NCBI GenBank assembly: GCA_037440025.1
Contig: JBBIUX010000001.1
Coordinates: 32,001-96,000 of the forward strand
DNA: 64,000 nt
Direction of reading: 5' to 3'
Source: Candidatus Fraserbacteria bacterium
Lineage (GTDB): Bacteria; Bipolaricaulota; Bipolaricaulia; RBG-16-55-9; DRXL01
In this document: positions 34,327-44,347 of the stretch, piece after piece
How the letters are laid out: each line of letters starts with the position of its first letter
Numbering within the stretch: the first letter of the stretch is position 1
Translations under genes and position numbers: made by a program
Notes under the pieces: generated by a model
Told to the model about the DNA's origin: nothing
Seen by the model: the letters and a program-made list of their open reading frames with translations, nothing else
The model's database searches: none

Positions 34327-36460
34327 CTCTCGGTTTCGTCTGTGCCAGGCGCAGCGCGTTCCCCGTGACTGCCAGCGAAGCCCCCATGTCTCCCGCCAAC
34401 ACCGCCAGCACCAGCGTCACATAGCCGGGAAAGACCCCGGCTCCTAAACTGAACTTCGTGAGCACAGAGAACCAGATATTCTGTTGAATGACGCAGCGCG
34501 CCCGACGGCTCAACTCGACAAGATACGGCAACTTGCTGAGATCATCGGCCATCAGTGCGACATTTGCCGTCTCCAGAGCCGTATCCGTACCTGCCGCGCC
34601 CATGGCGATGCCCACAGTCGCCGTTGCCAGCGCCGGCGCGTCATTCACCCCATCGCCGATCATCGCGACTTTACCGTGCTTTTTTAAGAGTCTTTCTACG
34701 GCAGCGGCTTTGCCCTCTGGCAGCACCCCGGCCTGATAATCGGCGATGCCTACCTGGCGCGCGACGGCCCGCGCCGTGCCCTCGTTATCCCCAGTAAGCA
34801 TCACGACTTTCAGACCAAACTCGTTCAGTCTTGCGATGGCCTCTGAAGCCTGAGGCCGGATCTGGTCGGCCACAGCAATTATCCCGAACGCTTGCTGCTC
34901 CGTTCCCACGAGAACGACTGTCTTCGCCTGGGATTGGAGCTGGGCCAGTTGGGGCAATTCTCCAGCCTGTGCGAATAGTTCCGGCTTACCCACCAGATAG
35001 ACCTGCGATCCGATCTGAGCTTTCAAGCCTTGCCCCGTGAGCGACTGCACCCCTTGAGCTTCCAGCAGGGATTTTCTGGCGGCCGTCTGCTCGTAGTGTC
35101 GCACAATCGCTTGGGCAATGGGGTGCTGGCTCTTGCTCTCCAGAGAGGCCGCGATCTGCAAGAGCTCTTCAGCCGTGTGTCCAGGGAATGCGATCACGTC
35201 CGTGACGGCCAGTTGCCCGGTGGTGAGCGTGCCCGTCTTGTCAAAAACGATAGCCTTGACCTGCCCAAGCTCTTCGAGATAGACGCCGCCCTTGATGAGC
35301 ACGCCGTGGTGTGCCGCGCTGGTGATCGCCGAGACGATGGAGACCGGGGTGGAGATCACCAGGGCGCACGGGCACGCGATCACCAAGAGCACCAGCGCTC
35401 GAGCGAACCACTCCGAAAACGGCGCACCCCACAGCACGGGTGGCCCCAGCGCCACCCCAACGGCCACGGCGACGACACCCGGCGTATAGTATCGGGCGAA
35501 GCGATCAACGAAACGCTCCGAGGGGGCTCTCTGCGCTTCAGCCTCCTCGACGAGATGAATGATCTTAGCTAGAGTCGTGTCCCGTGCTCGCTTGGTGACT
35601 TTGATCTCTAAGTATCCCTCTTGGCTGATCGTCCCGGCGAAGACGCTATCGCCGACTCGCTTTTCTACGGGCACGGACTCCCCCGTGATGGGCGCTTGAT
35701 TGACCGTCGAATGTCCGACGGTCACCTCGCCATCAAGAGCGATGCGCTCCCCCGGGTTGACGGTAATCACTTCGCCGACCCGAATCTGTTCAATGGGCAG
35801 CACTACTTCTCGACCGTCGCGGCGAGTGCGCGCTTCATTCGGGACCAACTTCATCAGTTCGCGCAACGAACGCCGCGCTCGCTCTACGGAGTACCCTTCC
35901 AAAAGCTCCGCTAAGGCGAAGAGAAAGGCCAGGCTCGCCCCTTCAATGTACTCCCCAAGGAGCATGGCTCCCACCACAGCGATGCTCATCAAGAAGCTGA
36001 TATTCAATTGTCGCGCGAGCAACGCCTGCCAGCCCTGCCGCGCAAACTGCGCGCCGCCTACTCCAGCCGCCGTAAGATAGCACAGCACTGCCAGCGAGAG
36101 AGATCTCCCCTCCACTGTCAGCAAGGCCCTATCAAGACGGATCAATTCTAGCACTAGTCCCGCTCCAATGAGCACGCCGGAGATCACCGTAAGCACCGCC
36201 CGACGGCTTCGCCAAAGCGACGGAGGGGCCACCTGCAAGGTGTGGCCTTGGTGCACCGTGTAGCCGATGCGCTCGACGTGCTGGACCAGCTCGTCACGCC
36301 CCAGCTTCTGGGCGTCGTAGCGCACGCGCAGTTTCCCCGCAGCAAAGTTTACTTGCGCCTGCGAGACCCCATTGAGACGTCCAACGGACTCCTGCAGGTC
36401 ATCAGCGCAACTGGCACAATGTAAGTTGCTGACACTCAACTCTTCGGTTTGCTCGTCCAT
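34313..36460 (-). CDS. Heavy-metal P1B-type ATPase (ZntA/CadA-like)
   Basis: LHCASC HMA domain, TGES, CPC, DKTGT, GDGVNDAP. Confidence 0.92.
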   Translation of the reverse strand: MDEQTEELSVSNLHCASCADDLQESVGRLNGVSQAQVNFAAGKLRVRYDAQKLGRDELVQHVERIGYTVHQGHTLQVAPPSLWRSRRAVLTVISGVLIGAGLVLELIRLDRALLTVEGRSLSLAVLCYLTAAGVGGAQFARQGWQALLARQLNISFLMSIAVVGAMLLGEYIEGASLAFLFALAELLEGYSVERARRSLRELMKLVPNEARTRRDGREVVLPIEQIRVGEVITVNPGERIALDGEVTVGHSTVNQAPITGESVPVEKRVGDSVFAGTISQEGYLEIKVTKRARDTTLAKIIHLVEEAEAQRAPSERFVDRFARYYTPGVVAVAVGVALGPPVLWGAPFSEWFARALVLLVIACPCALVISTPVSIVSAITSAAHHGVLIKGGVYLEELGQVKAIVFDKTGTLTTGQLAVTDVIAFPGHTAEELLQIAASLESKSQHPIAQAIVRHYEQTAARKSLLEAQGVQSLTGQGLKAQIGSQVYLVGKPELFAQAGELPQLAQLQSQAKTVVLVGTEQQAFGIIAVADQIRPQASEAIARLNEFGLKVVMLTGDNEGTARAVARQVGIADYQAGVLPEGKAAAVERLLKKHGKVAMIGDGVNDAPALATATVGIAMGAAGTDTALETANVALMADDLSKLPYLVELSRRARCVIQQNIWFSVLTKFSLGAGVFPGYVTLVLAVLAGDMGASLAVTGNALRLAQTKPRASAG

Positions 36461-36488
36461 GGGCACCGCTCCCTGAAATGAGTCCATA

Positions 36489-38093
36489 TTAAGGGGTTCG
36501 GGCTGTTACTTCAAAAAAAGCTCTGAAATCGTCAAGGCGATCACGGAGCCGCACCTGCACTGCAATCTGCCAGCGACCTGCCAAGCTCAGATAGGAGCCG
36601 ACTGCCCCGAAGTCGCCTGTGCTGTTCTCCGGAGCGACAGTAGACAGCATACCCAGTTCTTGGCCCTCTGCGTAGATAAACTTCAGCGTCACACGCTGCA
36701 CGGCAGAGATGGGCTGCCCTTGCGCATCTCTGAGCTGCACTGTGAAGCGCGCCGGTCCAACGCGCAGCGAACTGATCGTCAGGACGACTCGAATTCCTCC
36801 CGTCTCGTGCGCTAAGACCGTCGGCAGCTCAGCCCCTTGCGCTGCCGTTGGCCGATGCGCGGGCGGCGAGAGCGTCAGCGCCCCGGCGGCTCCCAACACA
36901 AGCACTATCGTGAAAAACTCTCCCCAGACCCGGCGGCGCAACGGGGTGAAACCCGTCTGCCCGTAGTCACCCCGGAAGTCGCGACGCACCTGGCGAAAGT
37001 TGAGCGCCGCCATCGCTAGAATTGCCACCAGCATGGCTATCTTGAGCACTAAGAACCGCCCATAGTTCGAGCTCCAGAGTGCTGCGAGCGAGCCGACGTG
37101 CTTGAACGAGAGATAGATACCGCTTCCGATGATGACCATCACACTGAGCAGCGCCCACTGGGAAAAACGCGGCAGCACCACACCCCAGGGGATACCCTCT
37201 CGGCTCCTCCACGCCAAAAGTCCCAACGAGAGCAAGCCCCCCGCCCAGATCGCAACAGCCACCAGATGCAGTCCATCAAAGACCAAGGCCAGCGGGTCCC
37301 GCAGAGCCGCACTATGGCTGCTCTGCACGCCGGAGATCAACGCTCCCACTCCAATCACCAGCCCCACCCTTGCCCAGAGCCTCTTGCGATGCCAGAGCAT
37401 TGTCGGTCCCACCATCGCGAGCAACCCTATTTTCACCGACCAGAGCAGACCGACTTGGGTGCCAAAAAGAACTCTTGCGCTCAGCTCGCCGACACTTTGG
37501 GCATACAGCAAAAGCTCGCTGCAAGACGTCAGGATCGCTAGCCCCCAGGTGCCCAACAGAACACGGGTGAACGGTTGTTCTGCGAGGATGAACCGTGTAA
37601 AGATGAGCATCCCCACCAGCGTTACCAGCGACAGATAGTGCAGCCAGCGCGAGAGCACTCTGACGGGATCGAGCGCCGTTCCAGTTCCGGTGACTGGCTC
37701 CGTGGGAGCGTGGGAACTGTGTTCGGCATGCGCTCCAACCCCAAACGGATAGACGCCCTTGGTGATATGGCCGTCTATCGCCGAAAGCACCTTCCAGGCG
37801 ATAGTATAGACGCCGTCGGGAAGCTCTTCTAGAGAGAGCACGACGCGCCGGTCGTCCTCTTCGAGCGTGAAAGCCAAGTCTTTCAGGAGCTGACCGTGCG
37901 CGTCGTAGAGCGTGAACGAACTGAATTTCGGCTCGATCTCCTCACTGAAGAGAAAAACGACTTTTTCTGGGCTGAGAGAGAGCGCAGCTGCTGCTGGCGG
38001 GTCGGCTTGTATCAGATACGCATGAGCCCAGAGAGCCGTACTAGAGCTAGCTATCCCGAGCACGAGCACGAGTCCGCCAGCGAGCAGCCGCAT
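36489..38093 (-). CDS. CopC-CopD fusion copper transport protein with C-terminal extracellular domain
   Basis: AHAYL...FSEEIE...WKVLSAIDGH; SHSA...LHLVAVAIWAGGL...RFS...YGRFLVLK. Confidence 0.85.
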   Translation of the reverse strand: MRLLAGGLVLVLGIASSSTALWAHAYLIQADPPAAAALSLSPEKVVFLFSEEIEPKFSSFTLYDAHGQLLKDLAFTLEEDDRRVVLSLEELPDGVYTIAWKVLSAIDGHITKGVYPFGVGAHAEHSSHAPTEPVTGTGTALDPVRVLSRWLHYLSLVTLVGMLIFTRFILAEQPFTRVLLGTWGLAILTSCSELLLYAQSVGELSARVLFGTQVGLLWSVKIGLLAMVGPTMLWHRKRLWARVGLVIGVGALISGVQSSHSAALRDPLALVFDGLHLVAVAIWAGGLLSLGLLAWRSREGIPWGVVLPRFSQWALLSVMVIIGSGIYLSFKHVGSLAALWSSNYGRFLVLKIAMLVAILAMAALNFRQVRRDFRGDYGQTGFTPLRRRVWGEFFTIVLVLGAAGALTLSPPAHRPTAAQGAELPTVLAHETGGIRVVLTISSLRVGPARFTVQLRDAQGQPISAVQRVTLKFIYAEGQELGMLSTVAPENSTGDFGAVGSYLSLAGRWQIAVQVRLRDRLDDFRAFFEVTARTP

Positions 38094-38101
38094 AAGTCTT
38101 T

Positions 38102-38512
38102 CTATTTGACAGCGAAGCTGTAGCTTCCCTCAGCAAAGCCATCATCTGGCACAGAGACAGCGACCCATCTGATGTAATAGACCCCTGGTCCGAGCTTGGG
38201 GAGCTTGGCCACCATCATGTCTCGTCCTGGTGCACTCAGATCAACTCTCCCCAAGGCGACAACCGTGGAGCTGTCTTCCTTCACGACCCAGAAGAAGCTG
38301 AGATTGGGGTCAAGCCCCGTTTCGTTGGCGGCGAGCAGAAAGGCAAGGCGCGCTTCCGGCGGGGACGTCGTCAGCAGATCGCCGGGCTTGGGGTTTGTTG
38401 GGTCTACGACCTTGAGCCTCGGGTGTGCCAACACAATACTGCCAACCCACACAGCTGCTCCAGCAGCCACGAGCAGCCCCAAAAGCTTCAGCATTCTTTT
38501 CCAGTGCAGCAT
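38102..38512 (-). CDS. CopC-like protein
   Basis: Signal peptide + AH, P.PG.L...P, LGPGVYYIRWVAVS.DDG..EGSYSFAV. Confidence 0.7.
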   Translation of the reverse strand: MLHWKRMLKLLGLLVAAGAAVWVGSIVLAHPRLKVVDPTNPKPGDLLTTSPPEARLAFLLAANETGLDPNLSFFWVVKEDSSTVVALGRVDLSAPGRDMMVAKLPKLGPGVYYIRWVAVSVPDDGFAEGSYSFAVK

Positions 38513-38518
38513 CGCGTA

Positions 38519-38932
38519 TCACTCCCTAACGGAAAAGGTGACAACGCCCTCGGTAAACCCGGCGTCTTCCTCTGCCACGGCGATCCAACGAATCTGATAG
38601 ATACCTGGCTTGAGGTCTTTGATAGTGACTGTAAGTATGCCATTTTCACCATCTTTGCTGACAGAGGGATCGCCTTGATCAGCGACGACAGCACCTTCGA
38701 CCTTGATGACGTACACCGTACTGCGTTTCTCGTTGAGATGCTCGCTGAACTTCAGCCACACTTGCGCGGGGACTTCAGCGGCTGCCAGGACCTGACCGTT
38801 CTTGATGTTGGAACCCACCAACTTGACATGGCCAAAGACCAACAGATTGCCCGTCACCAGGCCGACCAGCGTTCCAATGCCTACAATCGCTCCGACTACG
38901 ACAGCCAGCTTTGCCATATATGAAAGCTTCAT
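38519..38932 (-). CDS. CopC-like protein
   Basis: Signal peptide + GHVKLV, LKFSEHL, LKPGIYQIRWIAV...EGVVTFSV. Confidence 0.7.
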   Translation of the reverse strand: MKLSYMAKLAVVVGAIVGIGTLVGLVTGNLLVFGHVKLVGSNIKNGQVLAAAEVPAQVWLKFSEHLNEKRSTVYVIKVEGAVVADQGDPSVSKDGENGILTVTIKDLKPGIYQIRWIAVAEEDAGFTEGVVTFSVRE

Positions 38933-39015
38933 TGCGAAAAACCTCCTTCGTGAATGAGAATGCAAGGGGGCACATCGCCCCTACGTAAGGGAGCAAAATA
39001 GCGACTAATCGCTAG

Positions 39016-39393
39016 TCACTCTATGGAGAAGATGGGTGGTTTGGGAAAGATTTTTAAGAGAGTCCTTTCGTAGAAGAAATCGCCAACAGTGGTCAATCTC
39101 TCTCCGGACAGAACGCCAAGGAGCGTTATGGAGCTGGGATCATCACAGAAGCAATCGAAACCGGGCACCACGCGCAGCATGACCGCCGGCGTCCCCTGAA
39201 GGCTGCACTCTTCGTGACTGTGAGGACCAGATGTGGGACCGGAAGCCCCTAGAGAAACGTTATGATAGCGGTGGTGATGCTGAGCCGTCGGCAGAACCCA
39301 ATGCTCCGCGCAGGTCAGCGCCAGCGAGGCCACCTGGAGGCCGGAGACGACAGCTAGAATGATGAACGATCGCACCCATAAGCCTCGACGCAT
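39016..39393 (-). CDS. His/Cys-rich exported protein leading the metal locus
   Basis: Signal peptide, QHHHRYH, HSHEEC, CFC, C-terminal PKPP. Confidence 0.5.
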   Translation of the reverse strand: MRRGLWVRSFIILAVVSGLQVASLALTCAEHWVLPTAQHHHRYHNVSLGASGPTSGPHSHEECSLQGTPAVMLRVVPGFDCFCDDPSSITLLGVLSGERLTTVGDFFYERTLLKIFPKPPIFSIE

Positions 39394-39488
39394 CACACAG
39401 TCCTCCTGGACGGCTCGTATTATAGCGATCAGCTGGCAATACGTCAACGTTGCACGCGCTTAGCTTCACTTGGTATGGTAGAAGCCCT

Positions 39489-40307
39489 ATGGATACCCTG
39501 CGCGTCGGTACTCGAAATGTAGCCCCACAGCCCCGGGCGCTCCGCGAGATGCAGTCCGTCATTTTCGACAAAGAATGGCTACGCGGAGCCAACGTAGATC
39601 AATCTCTCTATTTTATGTACCGTGACTGCGTTCTCCCAGAAGACCAAGAGATCGCGCGTCAATTGGAAATCCGCTACGATATCACGGTCTTACCGCCCAT
39701 GCACTTAGGGCAGGAATACAATAAGACCAAGGGGCACTATCACTCAGAGCGAGTGCCCGGTCTCTGTTATCCAGAGCTCTATCAAGTCTTAGAAGGCCAA
39801 GCCCATGTATTGCTGCAAAAACGCTCCGGCACGCTGATCAGCGATGTGATCGTCGTCATTGCCCAAGAAGGAGATCTCGTGCTCGTGCCCGCAAATTACG
39901 GACACATCACGATCAATCCAAGTGAAAGAACTCTGAAGATGGCCAACTGGGTCTCGACGCGCGTGCAGAGCTTCTACGAGCCCTTCGAAGAAAAGGGCGG
40001 CGGCGCATACTTTGAAATTGAGCCCTCACCCGTAGTGACCTACGGGAGAGGGGCCGGGGCGAAGCGTTTTGATGCAGCATCTTTTTCAGAAAGCGGTCGC
40101 ATCAAAACGCTTCGGGGTGAGGGCCTTTTCATTCCCAATCCCAACTATGGCCCTCTCCCGCCCCTGCGCGGTCTCCCAGCTCCAGAGTACACGCAGTTGG
40201 GCCTGCGCTGTGGACAGCCTATCTATGAGCTCATCAAGACCCCCAAGCTCCTGCGATTTTTAAGCTACCCCGAAGAGTTTGGCGATATCTTAAAGAACGT
40301 ATACTGA
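39489..40307 (+). CDS. Archaeal-type cupin glucose-6-phosphate isomerase
   Basis: LYFMYR, RYDITV, EYNKTKGHYH, PELYQVLEG, VPANYGHITIN, GGAYF. Confidence 0.85.
   Translation: MDTLRVGTRNVAPQPRALREMQSVIFDKEWLRGANVDQSLYFMYRDCVLPEDQEIARQLEIRYDITVLPPMHLGQEYNKTKGHYHSERVPGLCYPELYQVLEGQAHVLLQKRSGTLISDVIVVIAQEGDLVLVPANYGHITINPSERTLKMANWVSTRVQSFYEPFEEKGGGAYFEIEPSPVVTYGRGAGAKRFDAASFSESGRIKTLRGEGLFIPNPNYGPLPPLRGLPAPEYTQLGLRCGQPIYELIKTPKLLRFLSYPEEFGDILKNVY
40022..40124. repeat. CCCTCACCC-family palindrome, in frame within PGI
   Basis: GCCCTCACCC...CGAAGCGTTTTGATGC..GCATCAAAACGCTTCG GGGTGAGGGC; about 34 extra codons. Confidence 0.85.
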
Positions 40308-40319
40308 TGAGTGATTATT

Positions 40320-40421
40320 ATACTAATTCTACTGCATCGTGTCATTCTGAGCGCAGCGAAGAATCTTTCCAGAGAGACCTTTCGCTTCGCTCAAGGTGAC
40401 ACAATGAACTGGAATTAGTAT
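40320..40421. mobile_element. MITE-like element with ATACTAAT TIRs (sibling of 17759)
   Basis: ATACTAATTCTACTGCATCGTGTCA...TGACACAATGAACTGGAATTAGTAT. Confidence 0.7.
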
Positions 40422-40447
40422 TAGTAGCTAGTGAACGGCATGAATCA

Positions 40448-41428
40448 CTAGCCACGGTCGCGCTCCAGCTTGTGCTGCTCGCGTCGCCTGGGCAGAAAGA
40501 TCGCCAACACCAAGCCCAACACAGCCCCGCCACCTGTGCCCCACAAGACCATACTCAAGCGATCTGGCCCGACCGGCCCCTGAGGCAGTTGGGCAGGCGT
40601 CACGATCTCCAGCGGCTCCCATTGGCTCTCCAACAGACGATGCGCCTCCAGTTGCGCACGCGACAATGACTCGACCTTTTCTTCGACAGCGAGTACATGC
40701 CCATACTCGCTCTCGAAAGCACGAATCCCACGGGCTCCAAAGAGATCGAGCTCGCGTTCAACCCCCTCCAGCCGCCGCAGCAGGGCTTCTAACTGGTTGC
40801 GATAGTACCAGCTCTCCAGCGTCGCTCCCTGCTCGCTGACCCGCATCTGTACCAGACGCGGCTTGAGAAAATCTTGAATCTCTTTCTGAATGTGTTCTCG
40901 CTGCGCCTGTAAGAGGGTCCGTCTCTCCTCCAGACGGCCTTCTAGAGTCTCGATCAGTTGTTTACGATAGCCCTCTAGCGCCGCTTGCAGATCGCTCAGC
41001 CGTCGGCTTTCCGCTTCAATAGTTGTGCGCAGATCACTCTTGAGCTTTTCTGCGGCTTGCTCCAAATATGCCGCGAGCGCATCACGCACAGCCCTCTGCT
41101 CAAAGCCGCCGCGCAGCTTGAGCGTGAGCAATCCGTCAGTCTCGTTGATCTCCAGGTGCTCGTACAGCCACGAGACAATCGGCCACGTCCCCTCAGGTTC
41201 GTCAGCGATCCGGATCTTTTTAGCGACTTGGACGGTCAATTCTGGGCTACGCAAAAAACCCGATCCCCAGCCCAAATCCAGCGAAAACTCCCGTGGAAGT
41301 GGCGGGGCTTTCAGCCGTATCAGGGCACTCGTTTCAAACTCCAACGGCTGGCGCAGCGCGTAGATCGCTGAGCCAATCAGTGCTGCCAGTACAGCTAGAA
41401 CAAATATCCAGCGTTTTTCTGAAGACAC
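40448..41428 (-). CDS. Wzz/polysaccharide chain-length determinant-like protein
   Basis: N-terminal TM, FETSALI, long coiled-coil, PAQLPQGPVGP + C-terminal TM; GTG start after GAGGAG. Confidence 0.7.
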   Translation of the reverse strand: MSSEKRWIFVLAVLAALIGSAIYALRQPLEFETSALIRLKAPPLPREFSLDLGWGSGFLRSPELTVQVAKKIRIADEPEGTWPIVSWLYEHLEINETDGLLTLKLRGGFEQRAVRDALAAYLEQAAEKLKSDLRTTIEAESRRLSDLQAALEGYRKQLIETLEGRLEERRTLLQAQREHIQKEIQDFLKPRLVQMRVSEQGATLESWYYRNQLEALLRRLEGVERELDLFGARGIRAFESEYGHVLAVEEKVESLSRAQLEAHRLLESQWEPLEIVTPAQLPQGPVGPDRLSMVLWGTGGGAVLGLVLAIFLPRRREQHKLERDRG

Positions 41429-41454
41429 GTTCTCATCTCCTCGCACTTTGCTCT

Positions 41455-41585
41455 CCGGCGAATCAATTTGCCGTTTGTAGGGGCAGACCTCCGTGTCTGC
41501 CCAGGGCGAACACGGGGGTTCGCCCCTACAAGAGCCCGACTCATCGGGCTTCCATCCGCTCAGACGGATGCTTGAGCATCCGGCC
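41455..41585. repeat. Cluster of GTAG REPs and MITE-internal hairpins
   Basis: GTAGGGGCAGAC..GTCTGCCC, GGGCGAAC..GTTCGCCCCTAC, GGGCTTCCATC...TGCTTGAGCATCCGGC shared with the 19122 MITE. Confidence 0.7.
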
Positions 41586-41626
41586 ACAGCTCACACAGAG
41601 ACAATAACACAACTGAGCGAGCTTCG

Positions 41627-42757
41627 TCAAAGACGCTCGAGCAAAATTTTCACCATACGCTCAGCCGCGTGCCCATCTCCGAACGGGTTGACAGCTCGCG
41701 CCATTTTTTCGTAAGCGTCCTGATCTTCAAGGAGCCGTTGGGTCTCTCCAAAGATTCTCTCAGAGTCCGTGCCGACGAGCTGGGCTGTGCCCGCCTCGAT
41801 GGCTTCGGGGCGCTCGGTAACTTTTCTCATCACCAAGACGGGCACCCCCAGGGCTGGCGCTTCTTCTTGGATGCCGCCGGAGTCCGTCAAAATCAAAAAC
41901 GCCCGGCCCATCAGCCAGACGAATCTTTCATAGTCCAACGGCTCAATCAAGAAAATACGCTCTTGGTTTTTGAGAATCTTTTGCACCGGCGCACGCACGT
42001 TGGGGTTCAAGTGCACGGGATAGATCAAGATAACGTCGGGATTTTTCTGAGCGATCTCTTTGAGCCCCAGACAAATGCTTTCAAACTCCGGCCCAAAACT
42101 CTCGCGCCGATGGCCGGTGACGAGCACCAGTTTTTTTTCAGATCGCTCGATCTGCGAAAATATCTCTTTGGGTACAGGAAATCTTTCTCGGAAATCCAAG
42201 TCTTTCACGCGCGCCCACATCTGCTGGAGCGCATCAATGACGGTGTTGCCTGTAACAAAAATATTTTCGCTCAAGATGCCCTCGCGGAGCAGATTCTGTT
42301 TGGCCCGCTCCGTGGGAGCAAAGTGCAGATCAGCGAGCTGATCGGCAAGCAAACGATTGATCTCTTCAGGGAATGGACTATATTTGTCATGTGTCCGCAA
42401 GCCCGCTTCGACGCGGGCGACTTGTATTTGAGCATAATACGCAGCAAGGCTTGCCATCAAAGCCGTCGTGGTGTCCCCTTGGGTGATGACGACGTCGGGC
42501 TTCTCTTTTCGAACGACGGGTTCTAAGCTGACGAGCACATCAGCGGTGACTCGGTAGAGACTTTGATTGGGGCGCATCAGATTTAAGTCATAGTCAGGCC
42601 GAATCTCAAAGATTTCTAAGACTTGGTCGAGCATTTCGCGGTGCTGGGCCGTGACGCAGACACGCGATTCGATCTGGGGGAACCTGTGAAGCTCTGTGAG
42701 CACAGGCGCGAGCTTGATCGCTTCCGGGCGCGTGCCAAAGACCGTCAGGGTTTTCAT
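41627..42757 (-). CDS. wecB: UDP-N-acetylglucosamine 2-epimerase (non-hydrolysing)
   Basis: [47 protein letters not shown]. Confidence 0.95.
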   Translation of the reverse strand: MKTLTVFGTRPEAIKLAPVLTELHRFPQIESRVCVTAQHREMLDQVLEIFEIRPDYDLNLMRPNQSLYRVTADVLVSLEPVVRKEKPDVVITQGDTTTALMASLAAYYAQIQVARVEAGLRTHDKYSPFPEEINRLLADQLADLHFAPTERAKQNLLREGILSENIFVTGNTVIDALQQMWARVKDLDFRERFPVPKEIFSQIERSEKKLVLVTGHRRESFGPEFESICLGLKEIAQKNPDVILIYPVHLNPNVRAPVQKILKNQERIFLIEPLDYERFVWLMGRAFLILTDSGGIQEEAPALGVPVLVMRKVTERPEAIEAGTAQLVGTDSERIFGETQRLLEDQDAYEKMARAVNPFGDGHAAERMVKILLERL

Positions 42758-42844
42758 AAAGCTGGGAGTATGCTAAAGCTTGGGGGCTCATTTTGTCAAG
42801 GATGCCCCCTTGCGATTACAATGCCTCGGAAAGGGGGCGCTCAC

Positions 42845-43321
42845 ATGCGCGCAGTTTTGGTAATCGCACTGCTCAGCTTGGTCACGATAGCAAGCTACAG
42901 TTCTGTGGGAGAAGCTCGCCTGATCGGACTTGGTGGAGGCGCGTTGATTGACGTGACCGGGGCCTTGGGATTAAGCCTTCCCATTGTCCCGATGGCGCGA
43001 TTGTCAGTGGGGCTTTTCGTTTTGGGGGCCGATCTTGATCTGTGGTTTTTGCCCAGTTCGATCCAGTTTGTTCCAGCGTTGGCCGCCAGACTGCAAGCGT
43101 CACTATTTACTGTCATCGAGTTTTACGCGACCATCGCGCCGGTGAGCTTTCAGTTCTCTCCTGTGACTCAGATGATACCCCGGACGACGATCCGCTGGGG
43201 GGCCAATCTAGGATTTGGGCTGGTCTCGATCTTCAGCGAGCTAACGCTGTTGGCGCAGTGGGGCGTACCCATTGTCTGGCAAGGGCCGGGCTTGGGGTTG
43301 GGCGTGCAGGTGGGGTTTTAA
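42845..43321 (+). CDS. Hypothetical secreted beta-rich protein
   Basis: Signal peptide, amphipathic beta strands, C-terminal ...GVQVGF. Confidence 0.55.
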   Translation: MRAVLVIALLSLVTIASYSSVGEARLIGLGGGALIDVTGALGLSLPIVPMARLSVGLFVLGADLDLWFLPSSIQFVPALAARLQASLFTVIEFYATIAPVSFQFSPVTQMIPRTTIRWGANLGFGLVSIFSELTLLAQWGVPIVWQGPGLGLGVQVGF

Positions 43322-44238
43322 AAATTGAAGATCACAATCGCCACAGCACACAGCGCCGCCATGATTCCGTACAAGATCAGAACTGTCATGCGCTCGCTCA
43401 GCCCCAACGCTAAAATCTTGTGATGCACATGCCCACGATCAGCTTGGAGGATCGATCTCTTCTGTCTGAGACGACGCAGGATCGCCCAAGCTGTGTCAAA
43501 GATCGGCACGCCTAATAAGAGCATCGAGACGAGAAGCGGTACACCGTCAGCTCTTGCAGTATCAGCACTCTGCGTCGCTTGCACGGAGAGAACCGCGAGC
43601 CAGTAGCCGACATAGTGCGTCCCACCATCTCCCAGAAAGGCTGTCGCCGGTGCCCAGTTGAAGATCAAAAAGCCCAGCAAAACCCCGACAAAGCCCACCG
43701 ATATTGTGAGCACAACGTCGTTCCCAGCTTGATGCGCGATGAGCGCCGTCGCGCCGAAGATGATGGCTGCGCCCCCTGTAGCGAGGCCGTCGAGGCCGTC
43801 CATGAGATTGAACGCATTGATCGCCCCGGCGATCCAAAAGAGCGTGAACGGGATCGCCAGCCAGCCAAGAGCCAGCTCGATCCCAAGGAGATTCACCGAC
43901 TGAACCGTCCATCCCGCGACGAGCACCGCGACGAGCGCACACAGAAGCTGTCCGAAAAGTTTGGCTTTCGGGCTTAAGCCGAAGCGATCATCGAGCAGGC
44001 CCGTCAAGAACGCGACGAAGCCCCCCAGCGCGAGCTTCCAGAGTTCTGCAACGTCCACAAGAGCGAAGATTGGGAGCACAGCAAGGGCGATGGCCCAGCC
44101 GCCAATCGCTACCGTGCGTCCGTGTTGTTTGTGGGCGTCATCGGGGAAATCGAGCAGGCCGAGTCGTGGAGCTATATATCGGCTGAGCGCCGTCAAAGCT
44201 AAGCTGCTTGCAAGCCCAAGGAAAAATTCTCTCACCAC
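43318..44238 (-). CDS. MraY/WecA-family (GT4) undecaprenyl-phosphate GlcNAc-1-P transferase
   Basis: GLLDD, NAFNLMDGLDGLA, FNWAPA.AFLGDGG, PIFDT, DRGHVHH. Confidence 0.88.
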   Translation of the reverse strand: MVREFFLGLASSLALTALSRYIAPRLGLLDFPDDAHKQHGRTVAIGGWAIALAVLPIFALVDVAELWKLALGGFVAFLTGLLDDRFGLSPKAKLFGQLLCALVAVLVAGWTVQSVNLLGIELALGWLAIPFTLFWIAGAINAFNLMDGLDGLATGGAAIIFGATALIAHQAGNDVVLTISVGFVGVLLGFLIFNWAPATAFLGDGGTHYVGYWLAVLSVQATQSADTARADGVPLLVSMLLLGVPIFDTAWAILRRLRQKRSILQADRGHVHHKILALGLSERMTVLILYGIMAALCAVAIVIFNF

Positions 44239-44347
44239 GGAGGCATTATAACAATTGGCAAAAATCTTTTCTTGTGATAAGCTTGAAGTCACACACGGAA
44301 CACGCTGAAGAACGGCTGCCCTCCGTGGTTTCCGTGATTCGAAAACT

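Noticed and set aside
41429..41587. N-terminal extension of the Wzz-like ORF
   Set aside because: It is translated REP sequence upstream of a good RBS and GTG
41669..42526. 285-aa plus-strand ORF (and the 296-aa ORF at 46782-47672)
   Set aside because: Antisense or alternate-frame shadows of wecB and murA, with no recognisable motifs
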